The notes below the pieces were generated by a model. That model searched no databases. It was not told where the DNA came from and saw only the letters and a list, made by a program, of their open reading frames with translations. DNA of 42,085 bases from Okamejei kenojei. Lineage: Eukaryota. Of this stretch, positions 22,851 through 33,364 are shown in pieces; the stretch's first letter is position 1; every line of letters starts with the position of its first letter. A program made the translations under genes and the position numbers. Location: the NCBI GenBank assembly GCA_035221665.1, contig CM069169.1, positions 9,693,916-9,736,000 on the forward strand. The letters are read 5' to 3'.

Positions 22851-23024
22851 GACGCACAAAGCTGGAGTAACTCAGCGGGACAGGCAGCATCTCTGGAAAG
22901 AAGGAATGGGTGACGTTTCGGGTCAAGAGCATCTCACATTCCGTCTCTCCAGAGATGCTGCCTGAGTTACATCAGCTTTTTGTGGCTACGGTTTAAACCA
23001 GCATCTGCAGTAAATTCCCTACAC
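22851..23024. mobile_element. PLE inverted terminal pair
   Basis: TSD gtgttctctgtgcta (22836-22850 / 23025-23039). Confidence 0.8.
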
Positions 23025-23245
23025 GTGTTCTCTGTGCTATTCACTTTTAACGTGGATTTGACCTGATCCTTGAATGTACTATCTAACATAAAGTGAATCA
23101 GCTTTTTTAATACTAAGCTAAGCGCAGCCATATTTTTTTTTTTAAGTTGCAGTTAGAGGGTATCAAGGTACTGGTGAATAAAGTGCATGTGAATTAGACA
23201 CACGGCAAATTAGAGTAAAAGATTTGTTATAATTCAAATAATTCA

Positions 23246-23656
23246 TCATCGGCGGTCACTCGAATATGACTGTCCTCTCATGGAGGACGCCTGTGCGTGA
23301 CTTTGTTTAACGTGGGGAGACTGGTGCACAGACAGCCACCCCACGGTCCTTGACAGATCTGGGTCAGGATCCAGTGGCATGGGGTCCAAGACGACCGGAG
23401 ACCCTTTTCTGCCACAGCCTTCATCCGCCTTCCCAGCCGTTGTGACGCTCCATTAAGGACAGCCGTCGTCCTCCGCCTGTTCCACTGTTGAGGTCTTGGT
23501 TGGGTCGCTCTTTGTCAGAGACCTCCCCCTCGACCTTACCGCCATGGGTGACCCGACCAGGAGCGTAGCTCCAGACGGCATCGCGCTCAGGATCTCAGGA
23601 TCTCAGGACCACACAAGCTTCTCCACCACGACAAGGTGGCAATCCACGGAGAAGAC
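23246..23656 (-). mobile_element. Non-autonomous RTE-type element (5' UTR-like part + GAT-repeat tail)
   Basis: Minus strand begins gtcttctccgtggattgccaccttgtcgtggtggagaagcttgtg, resembling RTE/BovB/Expander 5' ends; ends gatgatgaa; possible TSD aattca (23240-23245 / 23657-23662). Confidence 0.7.
23538..23654 (-). ncRNA. Candidate HDV-like ribozyme of the RTE-type element
   Basis: CUUCUCC/GGAGAAG P1; AUUGCC/GGCGGU P2; ACC-UUGUCGU-GGU P3/L3; G22-C38 P1.1; long P4 region with GGAGC-UAC-GCUCC hairpin; non-canonical C at +1 and J4/2 CCAU. Confidence 0.55.
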
Positions 23657-23894
23657 AATTCACTCAATCAACAATGCATAAATCATTTTTTTTATAACTT
23701 TGGAAATTAACTTTGTGCTTAGCATATTTCCTGTTCGTGAAACATTGTGAAGCACTTCGGTTCTCCACAAAAACAGTATTATTTCTGACAAAACTTCCAC
23801 CGTGAACCTGCTGTATAAAATTTCAAACACCAAGATGTTTTACAGCAGAGGATCGTGGGGAAAATGTGTGCACATGGGGGAGGGGGGCAGGGGA

Positions 23895-24070
23895 AAGATG
23901 GACCCTTTGGGCCAGAATGTATATGCCAAACATGATGCCTAGTGATCTCATCTGCCTGCACATGATCAATATTCCCTGCACTTCCATGTGCCTATCCCAA
24001 AGCTTCTTAAAAGCCTCCACTGTGTGTAAAATATAAACTCTTGCCCTGCAAGCCTCCTTTAAAATCCCCC
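23895..24070 (-). mobile_element. Old CR1 3' fragment
   Basis: MEAFKKLWDRHM and tail similarity. Confidence 0.55.
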
Positions 24071-24268
24071 CTCTGTCATCTTAGGGTCATGTAGCTGTCA
24101 TCTGAGGTAAAGCTGAGGTGTCAGGCTTGGAGGATGTGGTTCCTGCCAGGGAAGTCATTTTGCTATTTAAAAAAAAACTGGTTGATTTCGCAAATACAAA
24201 TGTTTCCATCTTCAACTAGTCTAGATTTACCACTGCAGAAATTCAACTCCAAAGCCCGATTCAAATGA

Positions 24269-24442
24269 CAAGTGCCCCTCCATAATGTTTGGGACAAAGA
24301 CCCAGCATTTATTCATTTGCCTCTGTACTCCACCATTTGAGATTTGTAATAGAAAAAAATCACATGTGGCTGAAGTGCACATTGTCAGATTTTAATAAAG
24401 GCCATTTTTATATATTTTGGTTTCACCATGTAAAAATTACAG
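24269..24442. mobile_element. Tc1-like transposon terminal fragment
   Basis: agtgcccctccataatgtttgggaca resembles fish Tc1 TIR starts; single end only. Confidence 0.55.
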
Positions 24443-25286
24443 GTTTTGGCCCACCAGTGCAACATTGCTCAGTGTTTTACAATTTGCTTAATGCATGGAT
24501 TAAAGAACCAAGGTTACATGGAAAGTAGGAAAAAAACAGAATTTAAAGCGGTAAATCTATCCCTGTTGCTGCATATGTTAATATCGAAATTAGAGTGCAC
24601 CCCTTCACTCTAACCTAGCCAGTCCTTGAGAAATTTCTGCATTAATTGTAAGAAATGATATTTTGTGTCCAAAGTTAAATGAGCAGAAACTATTTTCTGG
24701 CGATCTGCAGGCCAAATGTCAATGTAGGAGAATTTGTTGGAAGTGACATTGTATCCTTGGATGGTGAAATATTGTTTGCTTGCTTGAGGCCGTAATTGAA
24801 GTATTTGAATTGAGCTGGTGATGAGTAATGAGTCTAGGAATGGTTCATCTGCTTCCAGCCTCCACCTTCCACCAGGCGCAGCATCGAAGCTTTTAATGTC
24901 AGTGTGTGTGACTTCTGCGCATTACAGTTTTCCACAAGAGAATAATTAAAATTTCTGGTGTGGTACTGCTCTTCCAATTAATTAGCATGTGCTATTTGAG
25001 TCACCACATCATAACTGATTCTGATGAGCAGACGAACGCAGATCTTGCTTGACGTAGGCTTTCCTTTTATAGTTGCTGGCTAGGCATCATGAGCAGGAGT
25101 CTTTAATGATGTCCTTCCCTGAGGCCAATTGCAGCAACATTGCACCATGCTGCCTGAGATGGGAAAGCTTAACATGCAATCGGGTTTGAACCTTGAAATG
25201 TGTATGTGAGTTAATCTGTTGAGGTAAACTTGGAGGATTTGTAGTGTTGCTTTAATATTCCACTTCAGTGACACTGACGATTACTT

Positions 25287-25385
25287 TGAAGGTCGACACA
25301 AAATGCTGGAGTAACTCAGCGGGACAGGCAACATCTCTGGGGGAAAAGGAATGGGTGACGTTTCGGATCGAGACCCTCCTTCCGA
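25287..25385 (-). mobile_element. PLE terminal fragment
   Basis: gacacaaaatgctggagtaactcagcgggacagg...gtttcggatcgagaccc. Confidence 0.8.
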
Positions 25386-25420
25386 CATCACAGCTTAATA
25401 ATGACAAAGAGTGAGCCTTT

Positions 25421-25737
25421 AGGGCCTGTCCCACTGTACGAGCTAATTCAAGAGTTCTCCCGAGTTTCCCCTGATTCGCACTCGGAGAATTACAGTAATA
25501 GCCGCTCGCAGGTACTCGGGGCTCTCGTGGACATTTTTCAACATGTTGAAAAAACTTCCCGAGTCTTCACGAGCTTACCCCGTTTCCCGAGTACCTGCCG
25601 TTAGCGTTACGAGCTGCTAAGAGACGTCCCGAGCTCCGACGTACCCGCTACGTATATTCTACGCACTTACCACGAGTTTGATTTTATTTTAAACTTGGGA
25701 GAGCTCTTGGGTAAACTCGTACAGTGGGACAGGCCCT
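25421..25737. mobile_element. PIF/Harbinger-type MITE
   Basis: TIR agggcctgtcccactgtacgag / ctcgtacagtgggacaggccct; TTT 3-bp duplication. Confidence 0.85.
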
Positions 25738-25759
25738 TTTGTATATTACATTTCTATAT

Positions 25760-25910
25760 AAAGAGACTCAAAGGCGCACCTTTGTCGCACCTGACCATCA
25801 AGGCTGGGCAGGTGAGGAAAGAGCTGAGCAGACTAAGATGCAGCACAAAACACCACAACACAGTAGATCATTTTTCCCTGTGGCCATCAAACTGTACAAT
25901 TCTTCCCCTG
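25760..25910 (+). mobile_element. Internally deleted Rex1-like remnant
   Basis: LTIKAGQVRKELSRL joined to a C-terminal RSFFPVAIKLYNSS. Confidence 0.5.
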
Positions 25911-26049
25911 GTGCAGTGGGGTAGACTCACTTGCCACTCACAGAATTACATTGGCAGTGCCGTTGTGAAGCATTCAATTGTTCCGGTTGAATCCCGGTCC
26001 CTTCGACTAGTGCTGTATAAAATGTTTCTTGGGGATAGTCTCGTATTTA

Positions 26050-26547
26050 TTGTAGAGTCATACAGTGTGGAAACAGGCCCTTCGGCCCAACTTGCCCACA
26101 CCGGCCGACATGTCCCAGCGACCCTAGTCCCACCTGCCTGCGCTTGGTCCATAATCTCCAAACCTGCGTAAGATAGAACTGCAGATACTGGTTTAAATCG
26201 AAGGTAGACACAAAATGCTGGAGTAACACGGCGGGTGAGGCACCATCTCTGGAGTGAAGGAATGGGTGACGTTTCAGTCTGAAGAAGGGTCTCGACCCGA
26301 AACCTCACCCATTCCTTCTCTCCAGTGATGCTGCCTGTCAACCTTCAAACCTTCCTATCCATGTACCTGTCTAGCTGTTTCTTAAATGTTGGAGATAGTC
26401 CCAGCCTCAACCTCATCGGGCAGCTTGTTCCATACACCCACAGTCTGAAGAAGGGTTTCGGCCCGAAACGTTGCCTATTTCCTTCGCTCCATAGATGCTG
26501 CCGCGCCCGCTGAGTTTCTCCAGCACTTTTGTCTACCATACACCCAC
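26050..26547. mobile_element. CR1 3' end (minus) carrying two PLE insertions (~26168-26340 inverted pair; 26442-26535)
   Basis: Second insertion has TSD ccatacacccac (26430-26441 / 26536-26547). Confidence 0.8.
26442..26475 (+). ncRNA. Minimal PLE-type hammerhead ribozyme motif (representative)
   Basis: GU CUGAAGA A GGGU-UUCG-GCCC GAAA CGUU GC; extra A after the core; palindromic AACGUU replaces stem III. Confidence 0.65.
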
Positions 26548-27529
26548 CCTACTTTTATTGTTTGCTGTGAGCTCCATGTGAACTAGGAAGTTGGTGGCAC
26601 GCTGTGTACATGACACTAAATTCATCTGAACTGAATCAGTTGGAGGAGCCTGGTACGATGGAGGGATACCAGGCGTTGCTGCATCTTCTGTTGCTGGGTA
26701 ACAGTGGAGCCATCGACCAGCTCTCTATCAGGTTTGTTCAGGTGCTGGCCATCTGAACCAGGAGGATATGGGTCCCGCGTCATGAAACATCTGATTTGTT
26801 CCCTTTCCTGAATAATTCTTGTCATGCTTTTGCTGTAATCAATAGGCCCTTATTTAAGTTGTCGTCTCGGATAGCAAGACTTCTGTAGTCTGTGTCTCTG
26901 GTTTGATGTCTAAATAATGGGTGACTTTGAATCCACAGCCAAGCCAGATGTCACGCCAACTGATTGCAACGCAAGTCAACGCAGTTTTCAGAGTCCATGA
27001 ACTCTCTCTTCATGCTTTGTTTGTCTTTTCCTTTGAAGTTTCTGTGATCAATGCAACTGCAGCCCGTGGCCAGCTTTCAATGCACACAAGACACTGATCG
27101 CACCAGAGTGGGTCTGACTCCAAAGTTTGAACTGTGACTGAGTTCCTACTAAGTATGATTGATGTATTTGGTGGGCAGGTGCGGTTTTTTAAACTGCATT
27201 ATCACAACAACCTCAATGAGACGTGGCCTTTTTCTGTGTGCCATTTTGTCATGTTAATGTATTCCATGTCAACACAAGGCTCAAGTATTAAGAGCATATC
27301 AGGAAGCATGATTCTTGTCAATATTGTTATTGGCAGTTTATTCTGAGCCCAGAAGCTATTTACTTGTGTAATGCTAAACCCATTCTGTATGTTTGGTTCG
27401 GTGTGATATGCAGACGACCTTTTTTCCTCTCAGCTTGTCATCTGGAATCAAAATGGTGGATTTAAGAAAAGTATTATTGTACATGCCTAGAAATTAGAGT
27501 CTACATCTCTAAACAAAACTTAAACTTAA

Positions 27530-27670
27530 AAATCTTAACCCGAAACGTCACCTAGAAACGTTTCTTCTCTCCATAGATGCTGCCTCACCCGCTGAGTTCC
27601 TCCAGCATTTTTGTCTACCTTTAAACTTATACTTTTGTTTGAACCAGTATCTGCAGGTCCCTCCTTCACA
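27530..27670 (+). mobile_element. Nested PLE terminal fragments
   Basis: acccgaaacgtcacc ... atagatgctgcctcacccgctgag ... aaccagtatctgcag. Confidence 0.65.
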
Positions 27671-28195
27671 AACTTATATGGTGTTAAATAACCAGGAAAT
27701 GCTTCCATGGGCAAAATTAATCTTTTTTAACGTGCAGACCGTATTCTTGGTCATGCAAACACAAATTTGTCACACATATCAAATCAGCTAAATTATGTCC
27801 AGTTTTGGGACCAATGATTTGAATTTTTTATTATTTTTTGAAGGAACATGAGCAGAATTTTTCAGCTTCCCTTGGAAAAGTTTAATTGGGAAGTTAATAT
27901 TACTCTGATTTAATGATAGTTCCTTGATCAGTGCAAACATTTCTTTGGTCTTCTACTGAGTTACCAGCCGAGATGCTCTAGTCCTGGTTTGAAGTCAATT
28001 GAGGTCTTCGATTGAATTGAATAGAAGGTTTCTGACCCAAAACGGCCTATCCATGTTTCCAATGCGTGGCCCACTGTGTAACACCAGCAGTGTGTGTTCT
28101 ACGCAAGATTCCAGCATCTGCAGTTGCTTGTGTCTTCAATTATGTTGTGCCAAGTCAATTTTTAATTCCTGGACATTTTGTTCATTTAATTTTTT

Positions 28196-28408
28196 CAAGA
28201 AGGAACTGCAGATGCTGGAAAATCAAAGGTCGACAAAAATGCTGGAGAAACTCAGCGGGTGAGGCAGCATCTATGGATGGAAGGAAATAGGCAATGTTTC
28301 AGGCCGAAACCCTTCTTCAGACTGATCAGTTTGAAACGTTGCCTATTTCCTTCGCTCCATAGATGCTGCCGCACCCGCTGAGTTTCTCCAGCATTTTTGT
28401 CTATCTTT
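28196..28408. mobile_element. PLE inverted terminal pair
   Basis: UUCG variant in both orientations; flanked by tttgtt(c/t)atttaatt. Confidence 0.8.
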
Positions 28409-28519
28409 GTTTATTTAATTAACTGGTGAATGAGGCTGAGCAGTCAGATTTGAAGGTAAACCTGAAAAAAACATTGATGTAAAATGGCATTTTCAATTTC
28501 TATATTGACTAACAGATTA

Positions 28520-28650
28520 GTCTGAAGAAGGGTCTCGACCCGAAATGTTGCCTATTTCCTTCGCTCCATAGATGCTGCCTCACCCGCTGAGTTTCTCCGG
28601 CATTTTTGTCTACCTTCGATTTTCCAGCATCTGCAGTTCCTTCTTAAACA
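28520..28650 (+). mobile_element. PLE terminal fragment
   Basis: TSD aacagattagt (28511-28521 / 28647-28657). Confidence 0.8.
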
Positions 28651-28734
28651 GATTAGTTCAGGTTGTTGTTGAAAGCTTACAATCCTCAGGGCATTGAGCA
28701 CTGTCACATCACCTAAAATTAACAGTAATATAGA

Positions 28735-28920
28735 GAAACAAGAAACTGCAGATGCTGGTGTACAAATCAACTCACAAATGGTCCACGCTTGGTCTCCCTG
28801 ATGTAGCGAAGACCGCATCAAGAACGCTGGAGGCAGTGGATGAGGTTAGAAGAGGTGTATGTGAACCTCTGTCTCACCTGGAAAGAGATGCTGCCTGAGC
28901 TTCTTAGTCACTCCAGCATT
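28735..28920. mobile_element. Decayed PLE mosaic with a GIY-YIG piece
   Basis: gtggatgaggttagaagaggtgtatgtgaacctctgtctcacc matches ~2498-2537. Confidence 0.55.
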
Positions 28921-29015
28921 CCCACAATATTCAGCATTTCCTAATCATTTGTTCAGGCTCATCTATTTTGTCAATTTCAGTGCGAAGATTTGCTCCTATT
29001 TCAATTCCTATATTG

Positions 29016-29309
29016 GTTTAGTTCAGAGATACAACACGGAAACAGGCACCCACCGAGTCAACGCCAACCAGCGATCCCCGCATATTAACACTACGCTGCA
29101 CACACTAGGGACAATTTTACATTCATACTAAGCTAATTAACCTACAAACATGTACGTCTTTGCAGTGTAGGAGGAAACCAAAGATCTTGGAGAAAACCCA
29201 CGTAGGTCACGGGGAGAAAATGCAAACACCGCACAGACAGCACCCATAGTCAGAACCCGGGTCTCTGGCACTAAGGCAGTAGCTCTAGCACTACGCCACC
29301 GTGCTGCCC
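29016..29309 (-). mobile_element. HE1/V-SINE-type SINE
   Basis: Homology to the other copies. Confidence 0.85.
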
Positions 29310-29610
29310 TCAAGTCTGACAACACCTCAAACACTGTTTTGTGCAAATCAGTGGAAATGTTTATTTAAACATTGAATTCTGCAGTACAGTTCCACAAGCC
29401 TAATCCCCACTGTTGAATCTGACTTACACAGAAAGACTTGTCAGCAAGGCAAGAGTTTTCTACTTGTATATGAGGATATATCAGGCGCAAGTGAAATGCA
29501 GAAGATATTCTTGAAATATACAGTAGTTGGGATGCTCCAACGTGGTACATTTGGGATACAAATGTTTGGTTTAAACAACTGATAAAAAATACATCTATTG
29601 ATGCTCCTAT

Positions 29611-29801
29611 ACACATCATCAGTGGTGTAACCTGGGGTCATTGGGTGTTTCGGGTCTTTCAACATCAGCCACCCTCACCCAGGCGACCCAGCCGTGGTTG
29701 ATCAGACCACGACTTGTGTTCAGGTGGCATTCGCTCCTCCCCATGGACCTTCTCTCCTGATCCAGAGCCATCTCAAGGCCTTCTCCACTGCCTCTGTGGT
29801 G
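29611..29801 (-). mobile_element. HERO-like (restriction-like endonuclease) non-LTR retrotransposon 3' end
   Basis: 29800-29720 encodes TTEAVEKALRWLWIRREGPWGGANAT*, resembling the recalled EAAEKASRWLW C-terminus; 3' UTR ends ctgatgatgtgt. Confidence 0.65.
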
Positions 29802-29944
29802 AAAGTCTAACCAGATTTTGCAGGATTATCTAACTCGATCTAACCAGACGCAGACGCTGAAACAGAGATTTAGAAACTGGATGAACTGAAATGGGACAAA
29901 CTGTCTTCATTTTTCACCTTGTAGAAATTGTTGCCTAATTATGC

Positions 29945-30165
29945 ACCATTCTTTAGCCAGAGGGTGGTGAATCCATATAATTAATTGCCACAGACTGATG
30001 TGAGGGCCTAGTCACTGAGTATTTTTAAAGCAGAGATTAATAGGTTCTTAATTAATAAGGGCGTCAAAGGTTACGGGGAGAAGGCAGGAGAATTGGTCAG
30101 TCATGATCAAACGGCGGAGCAGACTTGATGGGCTGAATGGCCTAATTCTGCTCCTATGTCTTATG
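29945..30165 (+). mobile_element. CR1 3' end
   Basis: cagagggtggtgaat...gggctgaatggcctaattctgctcctatgtcttatg. Confidence 0.8.
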
Positions 30166-30450
30166 GGCTTAGCAAGAGAAGATTTCGTGGCTCCCTAAAT
30201 TCAAGATATTGTCGACTTGACTGATTTTATTTTGTATGTTTACATTTCTAGTTCCTTTACGCCGCAAATTTAGTCATCTTTTTATGAATCTAAACTTAAT
30301 TACGTGGCCTAATAATATTTGTAGAAATCATTTTTACCCATGAACTGGCCCAGATTTGCTTAAAAATGCACCAATTCAGATAAGGTCATGTTCTGTGTGT
30401 TCTGCTCCAAAGTGTCTTGCGAATGGGAAGCATATTCCTCAAGAAGTTTA

Positions 30451-30521
30451 AGAAAGTCTGAAGAAGGGTTTTGGGCCCGAAACGTTGCCTATTTCCTTCG
30501 CTCCATAGATGCTGCCTGCAC
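30451..30521 (+). mobile_element. Very short PLE fragment (hammerhead + ~35 nt)
   Basis: TSD ttcctcaagaagttta (30435-30450 / 30522-30537). Confidence 0.8.
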
Positions 30522-31662
30522 TTCCTCAAGAAGTTTATTGTTTTTGGAGGATTGTCAATAATCTGTTCAGTTCTTTTAATATTGCCAATATTTAATTTGT
30601 GTTGATCTACTTTATCCATAATTGAAGTTTTGCTGAAAGCTCAAAGTTGAACCCAAGTGGTGGTGTGCGCTTTAAAAATGGCATCTCCAATCAGCAGAGA
30701 AACCTTTCACGCCTGTTTTAAAGCTGAAGAATAAAAGTCTCTTGCAGGCTTTGCAGGATGTTGTATTAATATTATTTAGTAATAATTTACAGCCATTAAC
30801 AAGTGCTTTACTTTTGGGAGACGCATATGGTCCAAGATAAACCAGTCTTGGTTGTTGGTGGGAGTTGTTCCAGTCTATTGCCCATGGCTGGTAGTCAGTG
30901 CGAATCCCAAATGAATGGAATGACTCACTTTCATTCACAGGCCCGCTTGCTTCCCTGCCCCCTCATTTTCCCTGAAGGCAGAGTCAAGCTGGTGTATATA
31001 TATATATGCCTTGGGTGTTGATTCTTCATACAGGGAAAAGTTTTGATCAGCCAAGTTGGCGCAAGCCTGACAGCACATATTGCCTGCGGTCGTCGCACGT
31101 ATATATGCCAACATTGCATCTAATAATCCTGCAAAATGGTCACGCAGGTTTGAGGGCTTTTTGGTTTACTGTTTGCCTTGTGTTCTTGACCAATGGTAGG
31201 GAAAAAACCTGGGTGTGGTATCAGATGCCGACCTTAATGGAAATGGATAGTCAGCTGTGGTTCCCCTTCATGGTGGAATAACTCATCCACACTTGCTACG
31301 GTGTAGACGGATCACTGGAACAAGGCAAACCGGTATGTGTTTGATGCTGATCTCACCAGGAAAGACGGGGAACAATTAATATCAATGCCATAAAAAAGCA
31401 CCTTTGCCATTTGATGACCTGGCCTTCTATTAGTTAAATGTTGAGGCAGTTAATCATTTGTAAAATACACAACATACAGAAACTGAAGCAGATTGAATGA
31501 AGACATGTCAAGTTTGTGTTGTTGGTTATTCGTCTGGTTATCTTGACTGGTATCAGCCACTAAAATAGTTCTGTCTTGCGTAATTCTCTGTGGCATCAAG
31601 GCTATGGCTGGGTTTTTTCAATATTAAATTTATAATGTTTGAATATTATGTATGTCCTGCAG

Positions 31663-31761
31663 ATTTTCGATGATTACCATCATTTTCGGCATCAAGGAGT
31701 AGTGAAACGATCATTGAATGCCCATGTTCACCATCACATGAGACTGCGGCGGGCACCCCAG
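31663..31761 (+). CDS. FURIN: Internal coding exon of furin / furin-like proprotein convertase (propeptide region)
   Basis: gtcctgcag|ATTTTC...CCCCAG|gtacgt; 99 nt, phase 0/0; encodes IFDDYHHFRHQGVVKRSLNAHVHHHMRLRRAPQ, gap-free with the human furin propeptide segment as recalled (IFGDYYHFWHRGVTKRSLSPHRPRHSRLQREPQ). A PCSK4-like paralogue is not excluded. Confidence 0.85.
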
Positions 31762-31904
31762 GTACGTCTCAACCACATTTGGTCCTTTCTGTTGTTGTTT
31801 CTAATAACCTGTGAATTAGTTTATTATATGGGACGATATTCCCAGGTAAGTGCATGGATTTCGATACATTTACACATTAGTGGGACTACAATCATGCTCT
31901 TCAT

Positions 31905-32450
31905 TTTAGTTTAGTTTGGCGATACAACGCGGAAACTGTCCCTTCGGCCCATCGAGTCCGTGCCGACCAATGATCCCTGCACACTAACGCTGTCCTAAAT
32001 ACACTAGAGACAGTTTACAATTATACCAAGCCTGCGCATCTTTGAAATGTGGGAATAAACCAGAGATCCCAGAGAAAACCCACGCAGGTCACGGGGAGAA
32101 CGTACAAACTCCGTACAGACAAGCACCCACAGTCAGCCCGGGTCTCTGGCCCCGCTGTAAGGCAGCAACTCCACTGCTGCGCCACTGTGTAATTCTATTG
32201 AAAATATTGAGTCCCATTGATCACCAGCTCAGCCTAGTTGTATGTTATTCCGCTTTTCCATCCACCCCCCTGCGCACTAGGGACAATTTACAGAGGCCGA
32301 TTAACCTATAAGTCCGAATGTCACCAGGACGTAGGAAACCGGAGCACCCGGATGAATCTTGCACAGTCAGAGGAAGAACGTGCAAACCCCACCCAGACAG
32401 CGCCCGGGGTCAGGATCGAATCTGAGACAGCAGCTCTATCCGCTACACCA
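31905..32450 (-). mobile_element. Two tandem HE1-type SINEs (31905-32189; older ~32210-32450)
   Basis: Homology to the other copies. Confidence 0.8.
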
Positions 32451-32779
32451 CTATTCTGCATATCCAGTAATGCAACCATCAGATTTTTTTAACCAAGCCT
32501 TGGGTCGTATTTGCAGAAAGTGCATTAAGTTGTTTACCATTTGAGAATTACTGCAGATTATACCAGTGGTGCAATGAATTTAGACGCACGGAAACCCAAT
32601 GAATAATTACCGAGTGACCAGAATATTCTACCGTGGTATTTTGAGTACGCGCTTTAGTTTCAACACACCTCCTGATTGGGAAACTATTCCTGAGGAATTT
32701 GAGAGTTTCATAATTGGATTTGCTTGCTCTAATGTTCCTATGCTGGGTTGGGTGGTTGTAACTTGTTTGCTGTTACTTA

Positions 32780-33197
32780 AGGGCCGGTCCCACCAGCATG
32801 CGACTGCATGTGGCGAGCGCGACATGACGAGGTCGCTTGAGCCGTACGGCCTCGCGGGGCCGGTCCCACTTCGATCGCCGGAGTTGTGCAGGGCTGGTCC
32901 CGACATCACGCGGGGCTCCGAAAAACTGACCGTTCAAAAATCCCGCGCAGTTGAGGACGTACGCAGCGTCTCGACGCCGTATGCAGTGTCTCGACGCCAT
33001 GCACTGTGTCTTGACGGCGTACGCCTAGTGCATGCCGTTGCGTGATGACGTAACCGTTCGACGCCTTGCGACGTCCAAATTCACTCGGCCTGCCAAACGG
33101 CTCCAAGGTTGGAAGTGGGACCGGCCCCGCGAGGACTCAAGCCACCACGTTTGGTCGCGCTCACCGCATGCAGTTGCATGCTGGTGGGACAGGCCCT
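32780..33197. mobile_element. PIF/Harbinger-type MITE, CpG-rich, with an internal second TIR-like pair
   Basis: agggccggtcccaccagcatgc / gcatgctggtgggacaggccct; TTA TSD. Confidence 0.85.
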
Positions 33198-33364
33198 TTA
33201 GTTCCCATGTTCAAAAAAACAAAAACAAATTTTCAACTGGGAAACAAGCAGAAGCATCTTTCCATTGAATCGAATCGATTAAGTGCATATAAAAACGTTT
33301 GATTTTGAGGTGCAGCGTCTTGCAGGCAAGGCCAGGCATTATCGCTCACTTATAAGATAGTGTC

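Noticed and set aside
25021-25050. CUGAUGA hammerhead core (similar at ~8489, 11453, 37379 and in the HERO-like 3' UTR)
   Set aside because: No stem II followed by GAAA and NUH in the right arrangement.
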